Source: Perna viridis (lineage: Eukaryota). From it: a stretch of 64,000 nt of DNA. Shown one piece after another: positions 24,250-37,700 of this stretch; within the stretch, counting starts at the first letter, position 1, and each line of letters begins with the position of its first letter. The notes beneath the pieces are model-generated. The model did no database searches. It saw only the letters and a program-made list of their open reading frames with translations, and had not been told where the DNA came from. The position numbers and the translations under genes were made by a program. The stretch is from the NCBI GenBank assembly GCA_037379345.1, contig CM074524.1, positions 19,402,750 through 19,466,749 on the forward strand, written 5' to 3'.

Positions 24250-27200
24250 ATGGGACAAGATGGCGACAGGTGTAAACAGCTAAGTAAAACTCCAAAGAAA
24301 AGTTCGGAAATGTACATGTTATATTTTATGCTTATCATCGCAAAAATGTGTCACTGACTGAATATTCATAGAAAACATAAAAAAAAATTGGTATATTTAA
24401 TCAGACTGACTTGTTAAGACTTGTAAAAGAAGAATGTTTGACCCGTGTTTACACTTCTGTATATTGATCGAACAGACCGCTTAAAGGTAAGCAAACATTC
24501 AAACATAGAAAATTGTAATGTCATCCAACCTATCAAAGACTGATACACCAAACACACCAAGCAATACGAGTGATGGAACTAACAACCCCCATAAACCCCC
24601 GGAAACGTCAAGCACTGAGCCACAATTTTGATAGTCCACCACACAGTCATCCATTACTATCCCCGTTGGGTAGCTCGGCCGGACCTGTCCCGTGTAAGTC
24701 AGCCAGGGTCATCACATGATACGGTTACATTCAAACCAATAGGGGAAAAGTGTAACATGAGCCATTTAATAAATACCACCCTCAACGAAGTGCGTTCAAG
24801 CCCAAAATTTATAACTCATTGGTAGCTAAGATGGCAGATGCCATGGAAGCAGTTGCAATGGATATAATTGAGCCAATCGTAGGAAAAGCTGTAAGCAATG
24901 CAGTGACCAAATACGAAAATAAATTAGTAAAACAAGATGAGCGTATCACAGAACTATCTAAAGTTATTGAGCAGGTTGAGGATCAAAATCAAAGCCTCAC
25001 AGATTATGTTTACAAACTAGAAGATCAAATTGAGGAGTTTGAACAATACGGTCGCCGAAATTCACTGAGGTTCCACAATGTACCATTGCTACAACATGAG
25101 TTACAAGAAAGAGACCAAAAAAAATAGTTAGCATTTGCAACCAAATGCTTGGTGTTCAAATTTCAGAAGATGATAGTTTTAGATCCCACATCATTGGTGA
25201 AATTGACCGACGAGGTAAGGCCCAAATTATATGCCGTTTCCGTAACTGGAAAGTTAAAAACTCTATCTACAGTAAAAAAAAAAAGCTAAAAAGGAATTCA
25301 GAACGCGCAATAAATACCGAAGATCTTCCCAAATACAGACAGAGCATCATTTTTCATGGCAATCTTGCCAGACGTAATCATGAACTGTCCTCCTTTTGGA
25401 CAAATGACGGGCGCATCTTTGTAAAAACGTCGGAAAACAGTCAGAAAATACTCATCCGATACCAGTGCGAATTGGACAAACTTTCAGGGAAAACGCCAGA
25501 TGACATTCCAGATGATCTAATTTACTAATTAAACAATAACTATTAATATTCAGAGGTTTTTCATTTTTCAGTCTGTTCTGAAACTGTTTAAAATCTTTAT
25601 TTATAAAAAATACTTACATGTATTTCGTTTTGATTAAAAAAACTTTTTTTTCTTTTATCACCACCATCAAATATTATATTCCAAACTTCAAATGTACTCA
25701 GTTAACACTTTATACTCCCAGTTTGTGTTCGTTTTTAAAATCGGGTGCACTCGAAATGCTTATGAATGTTATGACGGGTAGTTCTGTCTATTTATATCAT
25801 ATGTTCTGGTTAAATGTGGCTTTAGGAAAGGACGTGGATGCATAGACCAAATATTCACGCTCCGTAACATCATATAGCAATGTATAGAATGGAATATGCC
25901 TCTTTTCATCAACTTTATCGATTTTCGAATGGCATTTGATAGCGTCCACAGAGAGACCTTGTGGAAAATTCTAGTAACATATGGAATTCCATTAAAGATT
26001 ACCAACTTGATTAAACTTTTCTACACCAACTTTGAACGTAGTGTCATGCTGGGAAATGCCATATCTCAACCATTCAATGTAAGATCCGGTGTAAGACAAG
26101 GCTGTATATTGTCACCGATACTGTTCCTAATGACCATAGACTGGATCCAACGGAAAACCACAAGAACAAGTCATGGGATACAATGGACAATGTTTAGCAA
26201 ACTCGACGATCTGGATTTTGCAGATGACCTTGCAGAAATATCAACATCAAGACAACACTTGCAAGAGAAAACAAATTCTTTGAATAACTATGCAGAAGAG
26301 GCTGGCCTAAATATAAACACCACCAAGACCAAAGTGATGGCCATCAACAAGACACTTACAACCCCAATCACTATTAACAAAAAGCCAGTAGAAACAGTTG
26401 AAGACTTCACATATTTAGGCAGCATAATAAGCTTTGACAACGGCACAAAGAAAGACATCCAGGCAAGATTATCGAAAGCTCGAACTGCCTTCGTCAGATT
26501 AAAACCTGTATGGAATTCAAAGGTATACAGCAAGAGAACAGAAATACGTATATACAACAGTAATATCAAGCCAGTGCTGTTGTATGGGTCAGAATGTTGG
26601 CGCATCATTCAGAGGGACTTGCAGAAATTGGAAGTTTTCCAAAACAAATGCCTAAGAAGAATCCAGAGTATATTTTGGCCAGAGAAGATAACAAACGAAG
26701 ACCTGTTAAGAACGTGTAAATGTCATTCCATTGCAACAGACCTAAAAAAGAGACGCTTCAGATGGCGAGGCCACGTGTTCAGAATGCCAAATGACCGCCT
26801 GCCAAAAATTGCCCTACGATGGACACCACCTGGGAAGAGGAAACCGGGCAGACCTCGCACCACCTGGAGGAGAACAGTGCTGGAAGAGCTAGAAGAACTT
26901 GTTTACAGCCTTGGCGAAGCTCAACACCTGACCCAGGACAGAGACAAATGGCGGGATCTTGTTATGGCCTTATGTCCCACTGGGAATGAAGAGGATAGGT
27001 GAGGTAAGGTTGTGGTTAAATTGATAGAATGGTATTCATATGCAAATCACTGTTTGTACCTGATTTTTAATTTGTCAACCCATCATTTATACATTGTATA
27101 TTTTATGTTAACATTATATCTAGAATTCCTTTATATTAAAAAAATCTTAAAGAATGTCATCAAACGACAAACTTGATTGCTGATTAAAAATGCAAATGTC

Positions 27201-27927
27201 ACTTTCATGTTCAAGCCGGTTTAATTTACCACTCTAGATGTGCAAAATCTATATTCTCCCTTAACATTCAGTTCTGAATATTCGGTGATGTCAATAGTTT
27301 ATTGTTATTTATCTTTAATGATGTAAATATGTATATTTAATTTCTGTTCTTCATGTGACATGCCACTATATATTTTAAAATTAAAAAAATTCCCAACATT
27401 ACTTTCTTAACCCTCTCTATTTGAAAAAAAACACATGGTAAAATAATCACTTTATGGGCGTTTTGTTTTGTTTTGTTTGTTTTTTACATCATATAAAATA
27501 TATATGTGCTTCGCAAGGACTTGCATGTTACTATGTCTTATATAGAACTAACTAGCTGTCAGTACATTATGATAATTGATCTTTTCTTTTCAAAATATAC
27601 ATTCTGACTATTTATATCATATTTGACATTAGCGTGGTATTTACTATGGTAACGTGTCGTTTTCTTTTATCGGGTTAAAATATTGGCTTCTTTTAATTTT
27701 AATTTTCAAAAATCTATCCTTGTGAAAAAGGAAACCGTCTGCTTGAAAGCATGCTTAGTAGTTTTTGTATAATGTTTATCTATTATTCTCATTATTTTGA
27801 AATTAAATTTAGCTACACATATTTACCAGCTGACAATAGAATAGAGTTTACTACTATTAAAACTACAAATGTATATAATAATTTTGTCTTGCGGACTTTA
27901 AATAAAGCTTGTCTATGTCTATGTCTA
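24250..27927 (+). mobile_element. Non-LTR element with ORF1 only (L2/Crack-type coiled-coil + RRM/CTD ORF1), interrupted by RTE
   Basis: ORFs 24819..25127 and 25145..25528 (LEDQIEEFEQYGRRNSLRFHNV...IICRF...WTNDGRIFVK) form one frameshifted ORF1; 5' AAGATGGCG; AATAAA then (TGTCTA)n tail at 27901-27927. Boundaries approximate. Confidence 0.6.
25816..27008 (+). mobile_element. 5'-truncated RTE-clade LINE (reverse transcriptase and C-terminal region)
   Basis: ORF 25896..27002: FIDFRMAFDS, GVRQGCILSP, LDFADD, WTPPGKRKPGRPRTTW; short AGGT(A/G) tail; TSD GTTCTGGTTAAAT / GTTGTGGTTAAAT (25803-25815, 27009-27021). Confidence 0.92.
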
Positions 27928-28709
27928 GGTCATAATATGCAAGATGTCTGCTAAAGGAAATACAGAAAACATGACATAAACCAATAATATGGAAAAATCC
28001 GAACTGTTCCTGACCTGTTGTATTTTCCATAATGGGAAAACGTTTTGTAAACTGTATTTTAGTTTATTTCCTGTTTTCTTTGTTATTTTTAAATTTGACT
28101 ATTAAGACCTCGAGTGCTGAATTGTGTCGTTTTTTGAAAACTGCTTGCGTTGTTCTTTACCACATGACAGTCTATGACGTGGACCGACTACATGCTTTCA
28201 TGTTTGACTACGGGTAGTGATATAAACTTGCATCGCTCCGAGATGGGCTTGTTTTATGGTAAAGTCTATTCTCGTATCCGGACGAAATCTGTGTATATAT
28301 ACAGATACAGGACATACAATATACTATTTTTGTTTCTAGGAATCCTAATTTCAGCCTTAAAATCGCTTGTCTTTGCATATCACAGGTACATTTTTGAGCC
28401 ATTCACTAAGAACCCTTATTACATACTCATACTAGTGATTCTTTTACTGCTCAGCAATGGCGCCAGTGAAAATCCGGATCCCCATGTTGATAATCTTTTC
28501 GCGATCATGCATATTAATATTAGGAGCTTAAGGCACAAGCTTTCTTACGTTGAAAGCCTAGCTCATGGAGCATCGATCTTGTGTATTACTGAAACCCACT
28601 TAGATGGAACAGTCCCATCTGATGATATTCATATGACCGGTTTTTCTGACATCCCTATCCGCAAAGATCGAAATTGCCATGCATGGGGGCGGTGTCTTAG
28701 AATATATTG

Positions 28710-29208
28710 CCCTCCGTGCAGGTCCCCTGTAACCGCGCTAAGTTTGTCGTAAAAGGCGACTAAATAGTGCTCAGAACCCTAGCCGGGGGGTAGGACGCTT
28801 TTCCCACAGAGCAACTGGGATGTGTGCCCCAGGTGGTGGAATGGGGTACCCCTGGCGTGTTACATGCTGGGGTTGTCAGGCTATAATACGGAAAACCTGA
28901 CCGCAAACCATAGTGGTGCTCCGTGTTGGGAAAGATGCCACGTTCCTCGTACGTTAAAGAACCCTACTGTGGTATTCCCCCGGAGTAGGAACTATAGGGC
29001 TCCGCCACAGGAAGCTAAATTGCCCGACCCTACCCACCTCTCCCTATTTTCAGTGGCAATCAAAATTTCTCGACCCCATTGTCTTTGTGTCCCATCCCTT
29101 TTTCATTTCATCATCATTTCATGTTCATTTTGTCATCCATTTCATGTTCATCGTCTGAATATAGCTGAATTATTGCTGCTCGGACGTTAAACCCCAACAA
29201 ACAAACAA
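28710..29208 (+). mobile_element. SINE-like retroposon, copy 3, inserted in the CR1 endonuclease
   Basis: TSD TAGAATATATTG / TAGTATATATGG (10/12); removal restores the APE motif HGGGVLVYMADEL. Confidence 0.9.
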
Positions 29209-29575
29209 TAGTATATATGGCGGATGAGCTTACAATAATTTATCGTGATGATCTAGAATTTCCAAACGGAGAACTCATATGGCTCGAACTTTGCTTTCCT
29301 CGTTTTAAGTTGCTACTATGTGCTGTCTATCGAATACAAGGAGTTACAAATCCCTTTTGAGAACACTTTCAAATATCAATTGCATGAACAAGACTTGAAT
29401 TACACGCCAAATATCGTTATCACTGGTGATCTTAACGTGAATTTATTATCGGAGAATAGGAACATATTGAAGGACATCATTGAGATCTATAACATTCGTA
29501 ATTATATAAATGATGCAACGCGCTATGATGTTAATGGGCAAGTAACTCTTCTAGACCCAGTCCTAGTATCTCCTG

Positions 29576-30086
29576 CAGGTCCGGGTGTCAAAAGAATAGG
29601 CCTGTAGCAGCGCTAAGCTTGTTGTAAAAATCGACTAAATAGTGATCAGAACCCTAGCCGGGGGCTAGGGCGCTCTGCCCACAGAGCAACTGGGTTGTGT
29701 GCCCTAGGTGGTGGAATGGGGTACCCCTGGCGTGTTACATGCTGGGGTTCTCAGGCTATAATACGGAAAACCTGACCGCAAACCACAGTGGTGCACCGTG
29801 TTGGGAAAGATGCCACGTTCCTCGCATGTTAAAGAACCTTACTGTGGTATTCTCCCCGAGTAGGAACATAGGGCTCCGCCACAGGAGGCTAAATTGCCCG
29901 ACCCTACCCACCTCTCCCTCTTTCCAGTGGCAATCAAAATTTCTCGACTACATTATCCTTGTGTCCCATTCCATTTTTCATTACATCATCATTTTATGTC
30001 CATTTTATCATCCACTTCATGTCCATCACCTGAATATAGCTGAAATATTCCTGCTTGGGTGTTAAACCCCAACAAACAAACAAACA
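29576..30086 (+). mobile_element. SINE-like retroposon, copy 4, inserted in the CR1 endonuclease
   Basis: 11-bp TSD AGTATCTCCTG (29565-29575, 30087-30097); lies between the LLDPVLVS and ISDH motifs. Confidence 0.92.
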
Positions 30087-31037
30087 AGTATCTCCTGTGA
30101 TGTGCAGCTTGCTAAAGTCGTTGATGTTGACAGATCTATCAGTGATCATCAAGCTACACAATTGCATTTGAAGATACCTCAGCGACTTAATAATTCATGC
30201 TCCAAGCGGACGGTGTGGTTATACAAACACGGAGATTTTAATGGGATTAACGATATTATCAACTCGATCGATTGGGTGGAATATTTCAATAATATGGGTA
30301 ACAACATCTATCTGATGTGTACCGAATTCTCAAACAAAATTATTGAGATTAATAAACGACATACATCGTCAAAGGAGGTAACTATTCGCCCAGACGATAA
30401 ACCGTGGTTTAACTCTGAACTGTGTAGCGAGATCAGAAAACGTGACCGATTACGCGAAAAGGCGATTAACAGCAAAACTAATACTGCTATTCAAAATTAC
30501 AAAAGGCAACGTAATAAGGTTACCTGATCAAATACGCTAAGGAACAATTTTTCTTAAGCGTAGATGACATGCTTTATGCCAGTTCTAGCCCAAAGACATT
30601 CTGGGGTTTAGTTAAGAACATGGAAGGCTCGGGATCATTTACCCATGTACCAGCACTTCACGATTCAACTAGAAACGAACTTGTTGTTGATGTCGAATCC
30701 AAGTCTGACCTCCTTAACCGATATTTTTGTTCGATTTTTACAAATAAAGATACAAATCGAGCAACTCCAGAATTTGCACCTTGAATTGACCAATCACTAA
30801 ACGACATTATAGTTAATAGATAAGACGTTCTGGATGTGATAAAAGTCCTGAAATTGGGTAAGGTGTCAGGACATGATGTATTAGTCACCATATGCTCACG
30901 TACACCGCTGATCGCATATCGGTCCCGTTATATATACTCTTTAATAAATCATTATCGACTGGGGTGTTTCCGGAGTTTAGGAAGCTTGCCTCAGTTATGC
31001 CTTGCTTTAAAAAGGGGGAGAAGTCTCTGCCTTCTAA

Positions 31038-31487
31038 GGTCTCACTAACCACTTCTAACGTTTCCATTACTTTACATGTTAAAAAAGTAATTTTCAAAGT
31101 CTCACTGTGAATTCCCAGGACAAATGACATCTTAAAGTTGCATACCGTTGCGAAAGTAAGGCTTCCAAAATCAGTATGCTAATGGTACGATGATTGTAGA
31201 AATTCTTCACAAAATTTACTTGAATAAATAATACTGAAAATCCACATTTTTACCTGTTCTGCTAACTGACAGCATGGAGGCAAATTACTCACACATGTAA
31301 ACAATATTCATACACTTTTGTAATTAATTACATATAAGGTTTTAAAGTACACATTCTCAGCTTTATTTTGACTACTTTTAATCATAATACACACAAATAA
31401 TGCACTTACAATGCATATGTCTAGGTTCAGTGTGTTTTGGTACTACATAGGGGGTGGCCATTTGACCCGGAAGTGGTTAGTGAGACC
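31038..31487. mobile_element. MITE, PIF/Harbinger (Tourist)-like, inside the CR1 RT
   Basis: 18-bp perfect TIR GGTCTCACTAACCACTTC; TAA TSD; removal restores LPSNYRPIALLS. Confidence 0.9.
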
Positions 31488-33350
31488 TAATTATCGACCG
31501 ATTGCGTTATTAAGCTGCGTCGGAAAGGTTTTTGAGAGAGTAGTATACAAGTACCTTTACAACTATCTAATTTCAAACTCATGGTTATATAATATAAATT
31601 TCAGTCGGGTTTCATGGCTGGGTACAGCACAGTCCATCAACTGACTGAGATCTATCATAAGATATGTGAAGCTGTAAACAAGAGATACAATACTTGTGTA
31701 GTGTTCTGTGATATTTCGAAGGCATTTGATAAGGTATGGCATAAGGGGTTAACAGTAAAGCTTAGATCATATGGAATTAACCATAACGTTCTTTAATGGC
31801 TTCAAAGCTATTTATATAAAAGACGACAGTAAGTCTTTGTGAACAATTCTATGTCATCTGAGTCTTTTATCAACGCGGGAGTTCCGCAAGGTTCTGTTAT
31901 TGGACCCTTACTATTTTTGATCTTTATAAATGATATATCTGGTTATTTGAATAGTTTTACTAAATTATTTGCTGACGATACCTCACTAGGCTGTTCGTCA
32001 CAGAATCATTTAACAATGGAGCATACCATTAACTCTGACCTCGATAAACAACAAAAATGGTCTGAAGACTGGAGGGCAGACTTCAACCCTGCCAAAACCA
32101 AGGCTGTATATTTTACAAACCAAGAAATACAAGAACCAATCAATATTAAATTTAATAATCGACGAATAGAGATGGTTGATTCTCACAAACATTTAGGAGT
32201 AGTATTGTCTTCGGATTGTAAGTGGACAACCAATATTATTTATATATGTCTGAATGCAACAAGACAGTTAGGTGTTCTGCGAAAGCTCAAGTTCACTCTG
32301 AACAGATCAAATTTTAATAAGATATATCATACTTATATTTTACCATTACTGGAATATTCTTGTGAACTGTGGGATGGATGTTCTGCAGAATGTGCAAATA
32401 AATTAGATAAAATACAAAACGAAGCTGACAGAATTGTAACTGGTCTTCCAAGATATGCCAGTATTGAATCTTTATATTTTGAAACTGGTTGGGAGACAGT
32501 CGACGAACTGTGTCTATTCCATAGAGTACACTAAAGTAAGGTAGCAGAATACTTAAAAGACTGTTTAACACCTATTGTAGGCACAACCAATCAAAATAAT
32601 TTGAGAAATGAGGCCAACTATGTTTATCTTCAAACTCGTATTAAAACGTTTTCGAAGTCATTCTTTCCATCTACAATACGATTGTGGAATAGCTTAGACC
32701 TACGATTGAGACAGGTGCCAACCTTAGATAATTTCAAACAATTACTGAGAAATCAGAATCTTGTGTTCAAACCACCTTCATCTTATTATAATGGAATTCG
32801 AAAGCTTAATAGTTTGCATAGAAGACTACGTCACATGAGTAGTACACTCAAAGCTGATCTGTTCAGAGTGGGTTTGGTGCCTGACCAGAAATGCACCTGT
32901 GGCTGGCCTATTGAGAATAGTATTCATTTCTTTCTAGAATGTCCATTGTATGTAGAACAACGCAGATTATACATAGACAATCTTCCAGATACTAGTGAAG
33001 ATCGAATAAAAAAATATTTTATTTGGTAGCGCAATACTTGATAACACCAGCAATGATGACAACTTTAAAACAATACAACATTTTATTCAGCACTCAGTTC
33101 GATTCTGTTCAGACTGATCAAAATATCTTTGGCATTTTTCTGATCTTTTATTACTTATTAACGTTTTACACCAATTATGATTTTTTTCCCTTTTTGCGAT
33201 TTGGACCATTATCAATTTCTGTACACTACACTTGTCGTTATTTGTTCAATAATTTATTGTGTGCTGTATTCCATGTATGGAGAAGACCATGTGAGTTGGA
33301 ATTGCTTGTGTCTAATCCAAATTTGTTTATTTACAAATAAAATATATTTA

Positions 33351-33750
33351 AAGAGTTATCAAGGGAACCAAGGTTATAGCGGTAATCAAAAGAATGTAAT
33401 CCAGGGTCAAAGACCAGACATGGAAAACAGACATACATAACAAAGAACATAAACTAACTAAAATCATACATACAAAGTAACAAAAGCAAATAAGCAACTC
33501 GGACTCCACTAAAAACTGGGAGCATGGACCAGGTGCACCGGTAGGGTAAGCGTCCTCTGCTTTTCTAGAAACACCCGCCGAGTTGCTCATAAAAAGTCAA
33601 GTCCGGGGTAGACAAACGAGGAAAGGAAAACTATGACCCGTTGAATAAATCAGTTTTCGTGGTGCTGATGGATACACCATAACGATCCACGAGTTCATGA
33701 TGGTGACCATAAAACTTCTGTAGTGATGACTTCAATCTTGTAGCAACATA
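33351..33750 (-). mobile_element. 3' fragment of a probable Penelope-like retroelement, copy A
   Basis: Reverse-complement of 54523-54925; encodes ..[22 protein letters not shown].. plus 3' UTR. Confidence 0.6.
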
Positions 33751-34759
33751 TAATATATAGCATAGGTATAGTCGAGATACATAAATATATCAGATAAGTG
33801 CATGAAAAATCGTGAGATTTTGTAACTTTTTTTAAATGTATATAAAATGATGAATTAACACCTTAACAATTTCAATCACTTAGCTTAGAGAAGAGCCATT
33901 ATTGTATTACCGGCAAATGTTCTCGGCCTCCAACGTTGACTATAGAAAAGGCGATAAAGGCTCCACCGTAAATTTTATCAAAATTACCAAACCCTAGCCG
34001 ACATAATTCACAGGCACTACAACTGACATTCTTTAATAAAAATCAGATTACTATATTTTTACATAAGTAGCTAGTTTGTTGTCAAAACTTGTCAGGCAAA
34101 CAACTAATTATGCTCATATCAAATTTCTATTTGACGACTGTAGATATAATATATACTGCCTTTAGATAATATGTTGGAACAACAAACAAAATGACCGGCA
34201 GTGGCGAAAATGTATCTATTCAGAAAACTAAGCAACACAAATAATTTCTGTGTATTGCGTTTAAAAAGAAAGATAATTCAAAATGTATAATTAAAATGCT
34301 CAACGTGTCAAGTCTACAAGTTGCAATTTAGTGAATTTCATACTAGCATAAAACGGAAAAATTAGGATTATACAAATTGTACTCCACTCCTTAGGATCTA
34401 AACACTTTGAATATTAAGGTCCAATGAAGAAATATTTTAAGAACAAACAGTATACCTTTTTTACGGAACAAAATTTGTGACCGAAAACTTCAAAATAGAT
34501 AGTAATCAGAATGTATAAAAAAAACATGGAATGGTTTTGTTTATCATGCCAACAGAGATACTTTACAATAGTCAGAACTCAAATAATACACTATATTTAC
34601 ATAAGTAATTTGATATAATTATGTTTACATTTTTTTTAAATTAAATGTCAAATCAGCTTCTAAATTTGGGGTATGTTCAGGCTTTGTGATATTTTAACGG
34701 TCGTCAGCACAATTTGATTCACTTATATGAAGATGAGACAAGATAGCTTTAGTTAAATT

Positions 34760-37700
34760 CCACGTCTAACCGGATTGACAACCTACCCTTGTTGCAGATG
34801 TGTAGCTCCCTTGACACACTCTGTCGGAAGAGCCACAAGAGAGCATGTAAAAGGAGGCCCAATGACTCAAAACGGTATATTTTTTTCAATTACAGTTTTT
34901 ATATCAGGTTCAAGATTAAATGGCCAATGTTTTATGGTGACTTTCGATAATCTTTATTTAATTGTCTATTTAGGATAATTATCAACCATTTACAAAATCA
35001 ATTAGGGCCACAGTGTCAATCATCTACGCCAATACACAGTAATTTCCAATCAAACCCACCGCCACAACATATAAATTCCGTACAGTGTCAAGGACAATAC
35101 ACACAATTGTCAACAATGGGACAGTTTCCTATTAACAATAGCATCGGTGTTGTTTTGAACGACATTCAAAATAAACTTACAAAATTAAACCTACTGGATA
35201 GTATCGTTGATAGATTACGAAACATAGAACAACGATTTAATGTGGTTGAAAATGACATTGTACAACTCAAAAGGTCGGTATCGGATCATCAAAACAATTT
35301 TGAAAAGAACAATAGTGATATGCAAATTTTTCATACAAGATTACGCGACCTAGAAGCAGCAAAGGGGGAGCTTGAGGACATGACTTATAAAATGCACGAA
35401 TCGTTCTTGGACCAACAAACCCGTGCGATGAAGTACAACTTAATTTTTGAAAACATCCCCGAAGTGAAGCCTGATCCTACCACAACTGAAAATACAGAAA
35501 TGGTATTAATCGATTTTATTAAAAATGAAATGAAAATTGACTCTAACATATCGTTTCATAATGTTCATCGTTTAAAGCCACGGCGTGATCGAAAACCACC
35601 ATCAATTGTAGCAAAATTTCTTTACAACAACGAAAAGGAAAAAGTTCTCACCGCTGCTAGAACCGAACTGTCGGGAAAACCGTATAAAGTATACCAGCAA
35701 TACCCGCAGGAGATTAGCGATAGGAGAAGGCAGTTAGTGCCAGTCATGAAGGAACTACGCGAACAAAACCAAAGGGCATATATAGTACGTGATAAACTTT
35801 TCGTAAATGGTAGACCGTATATCACAGACGAACCAAGACAATGTAACCATATTAACAGGATGCAACAGGAAGGAATGAATTCCCAAAATGTGCGCGGTAC
35901 AGTTCCGGATTTCAGGCAGGTACATTTCAGGTAGGCCAGGCGGCATAGTGGTGCAAAAGAACAGTACAATAAAAATTGTAATAAACATTTTCTTAAGTTA
36001 TCATGTCTGAACGTATGTGGTTTAATTTCAAAATTAAAAAACCCTGATTTCTTGCAATTTATTGAAAACTATGACATTTTATTTTTTCAAGAAACAAAAA
36101 CTGATATATATGATCACTTGTGTTAACCAAAAGGTTATAGTTACAAAGCCAAACACAGGAAAAAATGTCATAAGAAATATGGTGGTATTATAATTATTTA
36201 TAAAAATTATCTATCCAAATTTCTGGAATTTCCGGAAACAGAGTCCGATTATGTTCAGTTGGTGAAAATTGATAAATCCTTATTACAATCTGATCACAAT
36301 TTTATTTTTGGATGTATTTATGTCCCACCCGAAAACACTAAATACTCTTCTCACGAAGCGTTCAATGAAATTGAATCGGAGATGATTGATATGGTGAAAG
36401 AGGGTGATTATATTGGATTTCTTGGTGATTATAATGCAAAAACTGGTACTTTACTAGATTATGTAGAAACAGACAAGTCATTATTAGATCTGTTTGATTT
36501 AGATGAGGATGTAGACTTGATAAAGTTCATGTATGACTATGAAAATTTAACAAAAGCAGGTATACCATTAGATAGAAAAAATTCTTGTACAGGTCGACCA
36601 AATGCATACGGCCACAGGCTACTTGATTTTTGTAGAAAAAATAATATTTATATTGTAAATGGTCGAGTAGGTAAAGATAATATGAAAGGTGAATGCACAA
36701 GTGGTGACATATCACTGATTGATTATTTTTTAGCATCTTCAAATTTATTTCCATATATTATTGATTTTGAAGTAAAAGATTTTTCGCCATTATTTTCCGA
36801 CGTACATAAACGTTTACACATTTCCCTTGGTATGTTGAAACGCGACCGGACGATTACCGAATCCGAGACACCTGATGACAGTATCCCGACTACACGTCCA
36901 CGCGCTTGGTCCGAAGATAAAACTGAAAACTATATAGAATGTTTTCTGTCAGGCTCGAGATTTGAAAATATAAATCGCTTTGTTGATTTACTTGATGAAA
37001 AGCATAATAACGGAGAAGTTATTACAGATGACTGTGTTAACAAAATTGTTGACGACATCGGCGAACTTTTTAATGACACAGCAAAATCTGTGTTCGGGAT
37101 TAGAAAGAGTCCTACAAATCGAGATGGACCTAATAGTGATAATTCGCAACAGACCCCGTGGTTTAATACCGCTTGTAAAGATAAGCACGAAATTTTTCAT
37201 ACAGCTAGAAAAAAATATAACGTTTGTAAAAGCGATTTAAATAAAGCGCGAATGAATCTTGCTAGTCGAGAATACAAAAAAGAGCTTAATAAAGCATACG
37301 ATCAATTTCAAAACAAGATGACGGGTGAAATAAGAAGCGTTTCTAAGAGTAATCCAAAGAAATTTTGGGATATTCTTCGCCGCTGTACCAACAGCAAGAA
37401 GTCAGATATTGATGTCGCGTTAAAAGATTTGTACGAATATTTTAAAGAAATAAATCGTGGTGACGACACTCAATTAGATTTTAATCCTGATGAGCAGAAC
37501 GATATTAATTCTGAAATTTCAGACCGTATACTGAATGGTAAAATAACGGCAGCAGAAATAGAGAGTGTGGTGAGAAAATTACATAGTAATAAAGCATCTG
37601 GTTTAGATTTTATTACTAATGAATATTTAAAGCACACACTCATTATTATGCTTCCTGTTTATACGAAACTGTTCAATATAATTTTTGAAATGGGTATTGT

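Larger units (their letters stand above)
28100..33350 (+). mobile_element. Decayed CR1-group LINE (APE endonuclease, RT, C-terminal Cys/His motif)
   Basis: HINIRSL, CITETHL, GDLN, SDH, KPWFN, NYRPIALLS, DISKAFDKVWH, GVPQGSVIGP, LFADD, CTCG..ENSIHFFLECP spread over frameshifted ORFs; AATAAA near 33336. 5' end approximate. Confidence 0.9.

Noticed and set aside
24819-27002. ORF1 plus RT as one intact LINE
   Set aside because: The RT fragment has its own TSD and tail, lacks an endonuclease and belongs to a different clade.
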